64,000 bases of DNA, from positions 97,363-161,362 of the forward strand of contig CAWAAX010000027.1 in the NCBI GenBank assembly GCA_963780225.1, in the 5' to 3' direction. Origin of the DNA: an uncultured bacterium. GTDB taxonomy: Bacteria > Edwardsbacteria > AC1 > EtOH8. Shown here one piece after another: positions 30,901-39,511 of this stretch (position 1 is its first letter; every line of letters begins with the position of its first letter). Below the pieces are notes generated by a model. It searched no databases. It was not told where the DNA came from and saw only the letters and a program-made list of their open reading frames with translations. The translations under genes were made by a program, and so were the position numbers.

Positions 30901-32963
30901 ACCCCGTACTCCTCTATGGGCACGTGGGGCTCGGCCCCCCAGATATTCACTCCGGCCGGGTTGCCTTGGATAAGCTTGCCGTTCTTGTCGGCAAACCAAA
31001 GACCGACCGGCAGGATCTCGAATATCTTCTGCAGGCGGGCCTCCCGTTCCTTTAGTTCATCCCCGGCCTTCTTGCGGTCTATCACCTTCCAGACCGAGTC
31101 CATTAGGATGGTCAGCTGTAAAACATCGTACTGGTCGTAATCGGTCTCCTTGTTGGCCATGCCCACCACCGCCACTATCTGGCCCCCGGCAAAGACTGGC
31201 ACGGTCAGGAAATTTTGCAGGGGGGCGTGGCCTTGAGGCAGACCCTTTTTAAGGGGATTGGTAGCCTTAAAATCGTTGACCATTACCGGTTTTCTCTGGC
31301 GGACGGCCTCGCCCCAGATCCCGGTCTTTTCCAGCTGGTAAATGCTTTGGGGATTGGCCACCGTGCACTGGGGCATCACTTCCTTGGACCAGGTGTTAAG
31401 GGTAAACTCCTTCTTTTCCTCGCTGTAATAGTAGATGTAGCCTATCTTGCTGCCGGTCAGATGTATCGCTTCTTCCAGGGCAAAATCCAAAAACTGCTGG
31501 ACATTGTCGGAGTCGGCCTGGAGGATGGTCACCAGGCTTTCCAGCCGCTTTTGGTTGAGTAGTATCTGCTGCTCGGCCTTTTTTTGCTCGCTAATGTCCC
31601 GGAATTCCACCGTCCTGACGCTCTTCCCTTTATATGGTATGTTCCGGGCTTCCAGACGTAGGGGGTATGTTTCGCCGTTCTTGCGCACTCCCGCGGCTTC
31701 ATACGGTTTTTCATACCCGGCCAGTATGTTGTTCATCACCAGGTCCCGGTAATCCTCCTTGATAAGCAGCAGCCCGTTCATTCCGATCAGTTCCTCCCGG
31801 GAATACCCGGTGATGCCGGAAAGTCCCTGGTTGCATTCCAGGATCAGCCCCTTGTCGTGGATCGCTATTCCGCCGAATGAGGAGTTATGCAGGGCCTTGA
31901 ACCGCTCTTCGCTTTCGCGCAGTTCCTGCTCGCCCTGCTTGCGCTCGGTGATGTCCTTGGCTATTGCCATTATGCTCTGTATCTGATCCTTTATCATGAC
32001 CGGGACAAGATAGGTCTCATAAGTGCGGATTGTCGCATTATCGCCGTAAGCGGTATAATCTAAATACTGGGTGGCTTTTGTTTCAATGCATGCTTTAAAA
32101 GCCTTCTGATACTTTTCCCTGGATCCTTCGGCTATGAAATCGTAAAGGCTTTTGCCGATGACATCGCTTTCCGAAAATCCCTCGGCATAATGATTCAAAT
32201 AGAGATACCCGCCTTCCAGATCATGCAGGGTGATGAAATCCGGACTGGTGGAGACCAGCATCCGCCATTTTTCCTCGGAATTCCTCAGTTCCTGCTCGGC
32301 TTTTTTCTCGTCCTCCAGCACGCTCAGCAGGGCCAGCCGGGAGCGTTCGCTGCTGGCCAGGGCGTCGTCTGTCCGGGAATTGGCATATTTTAAATCAAAC
32401 ACATTCTGCTGCAACCCCTCCTCGTCCCGCTTGTGCTCCGAGATGTCGCTCAGCGCCAGCCTAAAGATGGTATCGCCAAGGTCATCCTCCGCCGCCACGG
32501 CAGTTATGTGCGCCCAGAATGCCGTCCCGCCGTTTTTAACCATCCGCAGTTCGCAGTCCTGGGGCCGGCCGGTCTCCAGCAGCTGTTTGCGGTGCTGGTA
32601 GAAAATGTCCTGGTCCTCGCTCAGGATGAAGCGGCTGAACATCTGGTTGACCAATGCGCCCCGGCCCAGGCCCAGCATGGTCCCGGCGGTAAGATTGGCC
32701 TCCAGCACCAGTCCATGTTCGCTGACGGTGCAGTAGCCCACCGGCGCCAGGTCGTAAAGCTCAAAGTAGCGCGCCTGCGCGGTTGCCAGTTCCTGCTGGG
32801 CCCGCCGCAGTTCCTCGTTCTGAATCTCCAGCTCTATCTGGTGCACCTGCAATTCGTGGAGTACCTTTTCCGACTCCACGGGGGAAAGCGCCTGGGATGG
32901 CTTGGCCCCGTTGGCCCGGGCTTTTTCCTCGGCCTGCCGGCGCATTTCATCTTTTTTGGTCAT
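27903..32963 (-). CDS. Cytoplasmic multi-PAS/GAF hybrid histidine kinase with C-terminal receiver
   Basis: HELQVHQIELEIQNEEL N-terminus, repeated DITERK PAS ends, two GAFs, AHDFNNML, NARDAM, GTGLGL, VDDE...MDMVMP...QKP. Confidence 0.95.
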   Translation of the reverse strand: MTKKDEMRRQAEEKARANGAKPSQALSPVESEKVLHELQVHQIELEIQNEELRRAQQELATAQARYFELYDLAPVGYCTVSEHGLVLEANLTAGTMLGLGRGALVNQMFSRFILSEDQDIFYQHRKQLLETGRPQDCELRMVKNGGTAFWAHITAVAAEDDLGDTIFRLALSDISEHKRDEEGLQQNVFDLKYANSRTDDALASSERSRLALLSVLEDEKKAEQELRNSEEKWRMLVSTSPDFITLHDLEGGYLYLNHYAEGFSESDVIGKSLYDFIAEGSREKYQKAFKACIETKATQYLDYTAYGDNATIRTYETYLVPVMIKDQIQSIMAIAKDITERKQGEQELRESEERFKALHNSSFGGIAIHDKGLILECNQGLSGITGYSREELIGMNGLLLIKEDYRDLVMNNILAGYEKPYEAAGVRKNGETYPLRLEARNIPYKGKSVRTVEFRDISEQKKAEQQILLNQKRLESLVTILQADSDNVQQFLDFALEEAIHLTGSKIGYIYYYSEEKKEFTLNTWSKEVMPQCTVANPQSIYQLEKTGIWGEAVRQRKPVMVNDFKATNPLKKGLPQGHAPLQNFLTVPVFAGGQIVAVVGMANKETDYDQYDVLQLTILMDSVWKVIDRKKAGDELKEREARLQKIFEILPVGLWFADKNGKLIQGNPAGVNIWGAEPHVPIEEYGVFKARHLPEGREIAPDDWALAHTIKEGTTVAGELLEIDAFDGKKKIILNYTAPVLDDKGQIQGAIVVNNDITELKKSETLQRALYQISDAAIGCRDLQQLYLQIHRTISGLMPAENLYIALYDQKANTISFPYYRDQKNDYNAPRQFGKGLTEHIIATQKPLLVNQQVHDQLQRDGQAEFVGQPSQQWLGAPLQSENKTFGTLVVQSYDEKSEYTQRDLELLSFVAGHVAVAIRSIQAGQELAESESRYKTFMDSATDIAFLKDDQSRYLMVNQAQQEFFGLPAGQILGKTDDDLMPKEAAQACRLSDQMVLESKQTMLSHEQVGNRIYEVRKFPVDLQNGKTGVGAYIRDITEQQRADQAIRESQEKYRDLVENINDVVFAVDIYGKLIYISPSSEPVLGYRPDEIIGRKLIEFVKEDDRTLLARELQKSLEKGVAASEYRITNKNGSTKWISSSSRLILEDGKPVGLNGLMTDITERKQAEEQIRQAAKKWETTFDSIGDGVCLLDRQWKILQCNQAFYKMVKKPFDQVLGRTCYELVHGLKKPQEHCPVVRMEKSLHRETLELERDDRFLLVTADPIFDQQKNLIGAVHIISDITDRKLMEQELLQAQKMEAVGFLAGGVAHDFNNMLAGIVGNAELLQLKIYGQKELEAYVDNIIKASGHAASLTKQLLAFARKGQYQQVPVNVHKVIAEAMGILGNTIDRRIKIEQHLRANPAVVLGDHSQLENAFMNLGINARDAMPEGGKLIFSTDLQSMDEEYISQHNYKIKPGQYIQITVEDTGSGMSEAVKRHLFEPFFTTKEKGRGTGLGLAGIYGCVKNHGGSIEVYSELGRGTAIKIYLPLYAGLTAGEADSVQLKETAVTAGTGSILIVDDEDMIRTIAAQILKTAGYQVQTCADGQEAVELYARDHSNIDLVIMDMVMPKVDGRQAYAKMREINPGVKMLLSSGFSEDGAAQSLLQEGALGFIQKPYRSAELLLRVQQAMQATPNQSLRGNPPA

Positions 32964-32983
32964 ACTGCCCCTTTATTCAATTA

Positions 32984-33056
32984 ACCGCGAATCCACGCTA
33001 ATCCACGCTAATATATGTTAGGCACCACGATTCGCGTCCATTCCGTTCATTGGCGG
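32984..33056. repeat. Palindromic 10-mer-repeat module on the left flank of the GxxExxY gene
   Basis: ACCGCGAATCCACGCTAATCCACGCTAAT ... GATTCGCGTCCATTCCGTTCATTGGCGG. Confidence 0.85.
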
Positions 33057-33451
33057 GTACTTTTCGTATTAGCGTAGCGCTTCCATTCCAGTTGTGGCCC
33101 CCCGAAATTGATGATCAATCCCAAAGGAAGTTTTGTCGCTTTTAAATAATTGAGGATTTGAGCTTCTTCTATTGTTGTAATTGCTTTGATGGCCTTGATC
33201 TCTACCACAATCTGGTCATGACACAAAAAATCCGCAATGTATTCTTTATTCATCAACCGGCCTTTGTAAAATATCTCTATCCGCTTCTGAGGCAGATGGG
33301 GAACCAGTCTCTCGGCAAGTTCAATCTCCAGTGCTTCCTGATAAACCGCCTCTAAAAATCCGCATCCCAGCTCATTGGACACTACCATCGCCGCACCCAC
33401 TATTTGGTAGACCTCGTCCTTTAGGATCAGCTTGCTTTCATTCGCGACCAT
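33047..33451 (-). CDS. GxxExxY family protein (PD-(D/E)xK-like nuclease)
   Basis: LGCGFLEAVY, ADFLC..IVVEIKA, QILNYL, LIINFG; start revised to MVANESK. Confidence 0.92.
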   Translation of the reverse strand: MVANESKLILKDEVYQIVGAAMVVSNELGCGFLEAVYQEALEIELAERLVPHLPQKRIEIFYKGRLMNKEYIADFLCHDQIVVEIKAIKAITTIEEAQILNYLKATKLPLGLIINFGGPQLEWKRYANTKSTRQ

Positions 33452-33489
33452 CAAATATCCCCCATAAATATATTTTGTTTGGTTCCCCG

Positions 33490-33656
33490 ATTCGCGTTCA
33501 TTCGCGGATACTACTCCAACCGCTAATCCACGCCAATCCACGCTAAATATTTTTTATTTTACGCCTTCTTAACCCGGGGAATTATTATCTGGGACCTTTG
33601 GGGAAAATGTAATATTTAATGCCCCGATTCGCGTTCATTCGCGTTCATTGGCGGTT
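33490..33656. repeat. Palindromic 10-mer-repeat module on the right flank of the GxxExxY gene
   Basis: GATTCGCGTTCATTCGCGG; ACCGCTAATCCACGCCAATCCACGCTAA ... GATTCGCGTTCATTCGCGTTCATTGGCGG. Confidence 0.85.
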
Positions 33657-33661
33657 CCCCG

Positions 33662-36600
33662 TTACGGCACCAGCCGTTCCGTGGTGGCAATGGCGTACAT
33701 CTGCCCCTGCTCATCCACCAGGGCGGTGGCGGTCATCATCACCTCCACCACCGCGCCGCCTTTGGCCAGCCGTTTGGTGCGGTAAGGCTCCAGCACCACC
33801 GCCCGGCTAAGCTGAACGGCTTTGGCCAGCGCTTCCTTTTTAAGCCCCTCCGGGATCCGGTCGATGAACTTCATGGCCAGCGCCTCGGCCTCGCTCCAAC
33901 CGTACATTCTTACCGCTCCCGGATTCCAGGCGATGATCCGCCCCTCCAGGTCCTGCACCGTGATGGCGTCGCCGGCATCCCGCACCACCACCGCCAGGCG
34001 GAGATGCTCATTGGCTTTGCGCAGGGCCTCCCGGGCCTTATTCATCTCCGTGATCTCCACAAAGGTTATCACCGCGCCCTCTATCACGTTTTCCATGGTG
34101 CGATAGGGCTGGATGCGCATGGAATACCACCTGCCCTCCTGTGTCTGCACTTCTATCTCCCTGGGCACCAGAGAATCCAGCACGGCCTGGGTGTCCGCCA
34201 CTATCCGGTCGTAGCCCGCCAGGTTGGAAACGATGTGGCCCACCGGCCTTCCCACGTCGCCCTGGATCAGGTTGATGATCTTGGTGACGGTGGGGGTGAA
34301 CCTCAGGATGCGCAGTTGATGGTCCACGAACACCGTGCCGATGCCGGTGCCGGCCAGCAGGTTGTTCATGTCGTTGTTGGCCCGCGAGAGGTCGGACAGT
34401 TTGGACTGCAGTTCGGCGTTGACCGTGGCCAGCTCCTCGTTCACCGACTGCAGTTCCTCCTTGGAGGTCTCCAGCTCCTCGTTGGTGGACTGCAGTTCCT
34501 CGTTCACCGACTGCATCTCCTCGTTGGAGGATTTCAGCTCTTCGTTGGAGGTCTCCAGCTCCTCATTGGCGTTCTGGAGGTATTCTCCCTTGGTCCGCAG
34601 TTCCGACTGAAGCGCCTCTATCCGGGCATCCTCGTCCGCTGACGGCTGGCCGCCAACAGCCGACGGTTCCAGGCTGTCCGGCGGAGCCTCCTCCAGGATC
34701 ACCAGGTAAAGCGGGGGCCCCGCCACCCCGGCCGGGCGGTCCGCCACCGGGCATACGGTCAGGTTGACCGCGGTAAAGTCGCCGTTGGTCTTTACCCGCA
34801 GCCCCGGGAGCCGCACGGCAGCATTGCCCGAGGCCGCCTTGTGCAGGGCATTGCTCAGCCCGTGCCGCAGGCCCTCCCGGGCCATCTTCAGCAGGTTGCT
34901 TACGCCGGGCTCGCCCGGGACCGGCTCCAGGTACCTTCCGGTGCGGCCGTGGAGGTAAAGGATGTCGCCCTGTCCGGTGACCAGCGCCCCGGCCGGGACC
35001 GCCTGCCTAAGCAGGGCCTGTTCGGCCATCTCCCGCAGGGGCGGTTTGGCGGGGATCGCCCGCCCGGCGCCGGCCGGATGGGTTGTCCGGGGAACCTGGG
35101 GTACCGCCTCCTCCATCGCCGTCATGGGCGGCAGAAAACGGCCCAAAGCCACCGCCCGCCCCTCCTGGTAATTCTCCCGGCGCTGATACAGCTTCAGCTT
35201 CCGGTCCAGCCCGGTAAAAAGCCCGTCAAAATCGCCCACGGTTTCGGAGGTGCCCAAAAACAGGAAGCCGCCCGGGTTAAGCGAGTAGTGGAACAGGGGG
35301 ATCAGCTTCCTCTGCAGTTCCCCGCCCAGGTAGATCAGCAGGTTGCGGCAGCTGATCAGGTCCAGTTTGGCGAAGGGCGGGTTCTTGATCACGTTCTGCT
35401 CGGAAAATATTATCATGTCGCGGATGCTCTTTTGGATGCGGTAGGAACTGCCGCCGGGCTCGGCCGTAAAGAAGCGGGCCAGCCTTTTAGGGGTCAGATC
35501 GGCGGCGATGCTGGCCGGATATATCCCGGCCCGGGCCGCCGCGACGGCCTGGCTGTCGATGTCGGTGGCAAAGACCTGCACCGTGCAGTTTTTCTTCTGG
35601 GCCTCCATTCCCTCCAGCAGCAGAATGGCCAGGGAATAGGCCTCCTCCCCGGTGGAGCATCCCGGGCACCACACCCGGACCACCCCGCCGGCCGGCTTGC
35701 CGGAAAAAAGCTCGGGTATCACCCGTTCCTCCAGGGCCGCAAAGGCCTCCGGGTCGCGGAAGAAATTGGTGACGCCTATCAGCAGGTCGCGGAACAGGGC
35801 CTCCGCCTCGGCCGGCGTCTGCTGCAGGAACTTGACATAGCCCTCGATGGTTGTTATCTGATGGACCGCCATCCGCCGTTCGATCCGGCGGTTGATGGTG
35901 TTGGGCTTGTAAAGGGAAAAGTCGTGCCCGGTCTGGGACCGCAGCAGGATGAAGATCTTCTTCAGCGCATTTTCGGCCTTGGGGGTGGCGGAGGTTATTG
36001 CCCCGGGGAACCGGCCGAAGATCTGGTCCGCATAGGCCATCAGCTGGGCCGGCATCTCGGAAGGCGTCAGCTGGTAATCCACCAGGCCGGTGGCGATGGC
36101 GCTGCGCGGCATGCCGTCGTACTCGGTGGATTCGGGGTTCTGGGCCATGGCCATGCCGCCCTCGCCCTTGATGGCCCGCACCCCCTGGGTGCCGTCGCTG
36201 CCGGTGCCGGATAGCACTATGCAGACGGCCCGCTCGTGCTGGTCCTGGGCCAGGGAGCGGAAGAAGAAGTCTATCGGCAGGCGCTGGCCCCGGGGAAAGG
36301 CCGGCTCCAGCAGCTGCAGCGCCCCGTTGATGAACGCCATGTCGCGGCCCGGCGGGATGATGTAGGCGCAGTTGGGCTGCACCTTCATTCCGTCCTCCAC
36401 CTCATACACCTGCATCCGGGTGTAGCGCCGGATCAGGTCGGTCAGAATGCTCTTGTGGTCCGGGGCCAGGTGCTGCACCAGCACAAAGGCCATGCCCGGC
36501 TCCTTGTCGGCCGGCATGCCGGAGAAGAAGGCTTCGAAGGCCGCCAGCCCGCCGGCCGAGGCCCCGATGCCCACGATGGGAAATCCCCCGCCGGGTTTTC

Positions 36601-36709
36601 CGGCGGATAGTTCCGGCCCGTCTGGGGCAGGCGGCGCCTGGGCTTCGCCGGCCGGGGTAACCGGGGGCAGGGCAGGCTTTGGCTTTTTGTCATTTTTGTG
36701 CGAGGTCAT
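33662..36709 (-). CDS. CheB methylesterase-CheR methyltransferase-coiled coil-PAS fusion
   Basis: GASAGG, VQHL, GTGSDG (CheB triad); GCSTGEEAYS, ATDID, CRNLLIY (CheR); NEELQSTNEEL heptads; C-terminal PAS. Confidence 0.95.
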   Translation of the reverse strand: MTSHKNDKKPKPALPPVTPAGEAQAPPAPDGPELSAGKPGGGFPIVGIGASAGGLAAFEAFFSGMPADKEPGMAFVLVQHLAPDHKSILTDLIRRYTRMQVYEVEDGMKVQPNCAYIIPPGRDMAFINGALQLLEPAFPRGQRLPIDFFFRSLAQDQHERAVCIVLSGTGSDGTQGVRAIKGEGGMAMAQNPESTEYDGMPRSAIATGLVDYQLTPSEMPAQLMAYADQIFGRFPGAITSATPKAENALKKIFILLRSQTGHDFSLYKPNTINRRIERRMAVHQITTIEGYVKFLQQTPAEAEALFRDLLIGVTNFFRDPEAFAALEERVIPELFSGKPAGGVVRVWCPGCSTGEEAYSLAILLLEGMEAQKKNCTVQVFATDIDSQAVAAARAGIYPASIAADLTPKRLARFFTAEPGGSSYRIQKSIRDMIIFSEQNVIKNPPFAKLDLISCRNLLIYLGGELQRKLIPLFHYSLNPGGFLFLGTSETVGDFDGLFTGLDRKLKLYQRRENYQEGRAVALGRFLPPMTAMEEAVPQVPRTTHPAGAGRAIPAKPPLREMAEQALLRQAVPAGALVTGQGDILYLHGRTGRYLEPVPGEPGVSNLLKMAREGLRHGLSNALHKAASGNAAVRLPGLRVKTNGDFTAVNLTVCPVADRPAGVAGPPLYLVILEEAPPDSLEPSAVGGQPSADEDARIEALQSELRTKGEYLQNANEELETSNEELKSSNEEMQSVNEELQSTNEELETSKEELQSVNEELATVNAELQSKLSDLSRANNDMNNLLAGTGIGTVFVDHQLRILRFTPTVTKIINLIQGDVGRPVGHIVSNLAGYDRIVADTQAVLDSLVPREIEVQTQEGRWYSMRIQPYRTMENVIEGAVITFVEITEMNKAREALRKANEHLRLAVVVRDAGDAITVQDLEGRIIAWNPGAVRMYGWSEAEALAMKFIDRIPEGLKKEALAKAVQLSRAVVLEPYRTKRLAKGGAVVEVMMTATALVDEQGQMYAIATTERLVP

Positions 36710-36729
36710 TGTCTTCTCCGTTGTTTGGG

Positions 36730-36866
36730 GTTACAACCATATCGCATCTATGATGCTCCATGGTAGCTTAAAATGTCCGTAGAACCGTCCTGTTTGTAGC
36801 GCCATCGGCGCGGGTGGTTTGTAGGCTCGTAGATCCGGCATGTTTGTGCCCCGCAGGGGCGGATGT
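36730..36866. repeat. REP palindrome cluster downstream of the HUH transposase
   Basis: CATATCGCATCTATGATGCT, GTAGCGCCATCGGCGCG, GCCCCGCAGGGGC. Confidence 0.85.
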
Positions 36867-37328
36867 TTATTCCGGTTCCTTCAAAATATACCTTTGGTCG
36901 TAATCAATCCCGTATTCGGCCAGCAGGGCCAGATATTCTTCCATGAAGGTGTTTTTGCGGTGATGTATTTGCTGCCTTTCTATATATCTGATGACCGTGT
37001 TTAACTGCGAACGGGCGTAGGAGAACGCCCCAAACCCTTTCTGCCATTCAAACCGCCCGGGCGCCATCCCCTGCTGGTTGATGAACCCCGATGAGCCTGA
37101 TTTTACCTTGCCGATCAGTTCGGAGAGGGATATCTCGGGCTGCAGCCCGATCAGCAGGTGAAAGTGGTCGGGCATGTTGTTGATGGCGATGAGTTTTGAA
37201 CCCAGATTGGTGACCACCCCGGTCATGTATTTCCGGATCTCCTCGCTGTGGGCCGGCAGGATCAGGTTTTGCCTTAAGCGTACGGCGAAGACCGCGTGGA
37301 TGTAGATTTGGGTGTAGGTGTTGGCCAT
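36867..37328 (-). CDS. tnpA: IS200/IS605-superfamily Y1 HUH transposase, REP-associated (RAYT-like)
   Basis: MANTYTQIYIHAVFAV, DHFHLL (HUH), FEWQKGFGAFS, YIERQ catalytic Tyr; REP arrays on both sides; no tnpB. Confidence 0.9.
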   Translation of the reverse strand: MANTYTQIYIHAVFAVRLRQNLILPAHSEEIRKYMTGVVTNLGSKLIAINNMPDHFHLLIGLQPEISLSELIGKVKSGSSGFINQQGMAPGRFEWQKGFGAFSYARSQLNTVIRYIERQQIHHRKNTFMEEYLALLAEYGIDYDQRYILKEPE

Positions 37329-37670
37329 GTATCTTTCCTTCTTGTGGTTTCTTCCATGCCGCATCTACGAAGCTGGGGCCTTCCTGCCCGGCTCTGAGGT
37401 ACAACCATATCGCATCTACGATGCTCCATGGTAGCTCAAAAGGTCCGTAGGACCGTCCTGCCTGTAGCCCCATCGGGGCGTAAGGTTATAGCCCATACGG
37501 GTGACATATTTGCCGGTGAAGGTCCATCGGACCGCCCCGTTTGTAGCGCCATCGGCGCGAAAGGTTATAACCAAAACGGTTGACATTTGCCTGGTGAAGG
37601 TCCATCGGACCGTCCTGTTTGTAGCGCCATCGGCGCGAAATGTTTGTGCCCCGTAGGGGCGCCCCGTTTG
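37329..37670. repeat. REP palindrome array upstream of the HUH transposase
   Basis: Repeated GGTCC(AT)CGGACC and GTAGCGCCATCGGCGCG units, GCCCCGTAGGGGC, GCATCTACGATGC. Confidence 0.88.
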
Positions 37671-37679
37671 TTTCCCCCG

Positions 37680-38813
37680 TTACCCGTTCCCATATTTTTT
37701 GGGCTGTCCCTGCCGGGCCAATATCTCGTTGACCTCGCGCTTCAGCTCCATAACCCGGTCCTCCCGGTCCAGCATGGTAGCCTGCCAGCGCAGCAATTCG
37801 GCCAGCTGGTTCTTGATCTTATCCTCGGCCTGCTTGCGCGCCATGATGTCGGTGAAGGTGCCTATCGAACCGATTACCATTCCATCGGGCCCGGTCACCG
37901 GAGTGCCGCTGACATAGACCCACCGCTCCTGTCCGTCCTGGCAGCGGAGCCTGATCTCGTAGGAATCCGACTTCCCCTCCAGCCGGTCCTGATTCTTACG
38001 CCGGATCACCTCCCGGTCGGCCGGGTCAAACAACAGTTCGTTGCCAACCTTCCCGATGAGTTCCCCGCGCGAATACCCGCTTATCTGACAGAACTGCTGG
38101 TTGACGAAGAGTATGACGTCATCGTTGTCCACCTGGATCAGCCCCTCGTTCATGCCCTCCACCAGTGTCCGGTATTGCTCTTCTTTTGATTTCAGAGCCT
38201 GTTCCGCCAGCTTCTCGTCCTCCAGCACGCTCAGCAACGTAACGCGCGATTGGTCGGAAGCCGCGAGTAACTCCTGCGCCAGCTTTTCGGAAGCTGCAAT
38301 CGTCTCGGTGCGTTTCTGCTCGGTCAGGTCGGTTACCACCAGGCATAATAGTCCAGGCAAGTCTTCTTTCTGCAAATCAGTAGCGGAGACAGACACTATC
38401 CGCAAGGTTCCATCGCCGGCAACAAGTACAAGTTGCCGGCGCTTTTCGCTTTCGCCTTTTCTCAGCAGTGATTGAAGATTCTGTTGACTGTCCGGCGCAA
38501 CCCAGGCGTCGATCGTGGAACCGATCACCTTCTCGATCGGCGTGTTGAGCATCCCGCCAAAGCTCATGTTGGCATACAGTATCAAACCCTCCGCCGTCAG
38601 GGTCAGCGCGCCTTCGCTCATTTCCTCGATCAGCATCCGGTACGCATGATCGGCGCCTTTGAGCGTATAGACATGCTCACCGCCCGCGCCCGAGACAACC
38701 AGCGCGTCCACCTCGCCGCTGCGGATTGCGAGCAAAGTATCTTCGGCTTCGTCCAGCCGCGCGCGCAGGTCTTCCAGCTCAAGCACGAGTTGTTCCTGGG
38801 TTTTGGGCTTCAT
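37680..38813 (-). CDS. Kai-associated two-PAS sensor without kinase domain
   Basis: EAEDTLLAIRSGEVDALVV N-terminus, two PAS, ends ...MLDREDRVMELKREVNEIL; overlaps kaiB by 4 nt. Confidence 0.9.
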   Translation of the reverse strand: MKPKTQEQLVLELEDLRARLDEAEDTLLAIRSGEVDALVVSGAGGEHVYTLKGADHAYRMLIEEMSEGALTLTAEGLILYANMSFGGMLNTPIEKVIGSTIDAWVAPDSQQNLQSLLRKGESEKRRQLVLVAGDGTLRIVSVSATDLQKEDLPGLLCLVVTDLTEQKRTETIAASEKLAQELLAASDQSRVTLLSVLEDEKLAEQALKSKEEQYRTLVEGMNEGLIQVDNDDVILFVNQQFCQISGYSRGELIGKVGNELLFDPADREVIRRKNQDRLEGKSDSYEIRLRCQDGQERWVYVSGTPVTGPDGMVIGSIGTFTDIMARKQAEDKIKNQLAELLRWQATMLDREDRVMELKREVNEILARQGQPKKYGNG

Positions 38814-39160
38814 TCCAGTATCTCTTTCATTCGCAAATCCAGTCCCACCAGCACGCGTTCGGTTTTCGACATATCGCCGATGATGCGGCGCAGCGGGTGC
38901 GGCAATTTCTTGATGAGGGTCGGTGCGGCGATGATCTGCTCGCCCTTCGCCAGTTGGGGTTGCCGGTAGAGATCAACCACCTCCAGCTCGTAGCGCCCTT
39001 GCAGGTGTTCCTCGCAGATTTTCTTGACATTGTCGATGGCGCGCAGCGATTGCGGTGACATGCCGGCGATATAGAGCCGTAATACATAGCGGCTTTCCTG
39101 CTGGCGGGCCAGAGATTGTTCGAGCGCTTTAGACGAAACGATCACTTTTTTCCTTGTCAT
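38810..39160 (-). CDS. kaiB: KaiB-family protein (second copy)
   Basis: YVLRLYIAG.SPQS, EVVDLY.QPQLA, APTLIKKLPHPLRRIIGDMS. Confidence 0.93.
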   Translation of the reverse strand: MTRKKVIVSSKALEQSLARQQESRYVLRLYIAGMSPQSLRAIDNVKKICEEHLQGRYELEVVDLYRQPQLAKGEQIIAAPTLIKKLPHPLRRIIGDMSKTERVLVGLDLRMKEILE

Positions 39161-39169
39161 GTCTTCCTC

Positions 39170-39511
39170 CTATTCCCTGGCCCGCAGATCCAACCCGATC
39201 AGCACGCGTTCGGTGTTGGAGAGATCGCCGATGATCTTGCGAACCGGTTCCGGCAGTTTTCGCACCAGCGTCGGGATGGCCAGTATCTGGTCGCCGCTCG
39301 CCAGCTGCGGGTTTACAAGCAGGTCAATCACTTCAATTTTATAACGCCCTGACAGATGTTCTTCGCAGATTTTCTTGAGATTGACAAAAGCGGTCACTGA
39401 TTTCGGCGTTTGTCCGGCGACATACAGGCGCAGGAGAAAGGTGTCTGCTTTTGTTTCAGTTTGCCTGGCTGTCGGCGGAGCGGACTTTTTTGCAGCCGGT
39501 TTCGTTTTCAT
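39170..39511 (-). CDS. kaiB: KaiB-family protein
   Basis: [44 protein letters not shown]. Confidence 0.96.
   Translation of the reverse strand: MKTKPAAKKSAPPTARQTETKADTFLLRLYVAGQTPKSVTAFVNLKKICEEHLSGRYKIEVIDLLVNPQLASGDQILAIPTLVRKLPEPVRKIIGDLSNTERVLIGLDLRARE

Noticed and set aside
36867..37670. IS605 element with tnpB/omegaRNA, or a CRISPR-like array beside tnpA
   Set aside because: No tnpB or iscB ORF; the flanking units are short REP palindromes with similar linkers rather than unique spacers.
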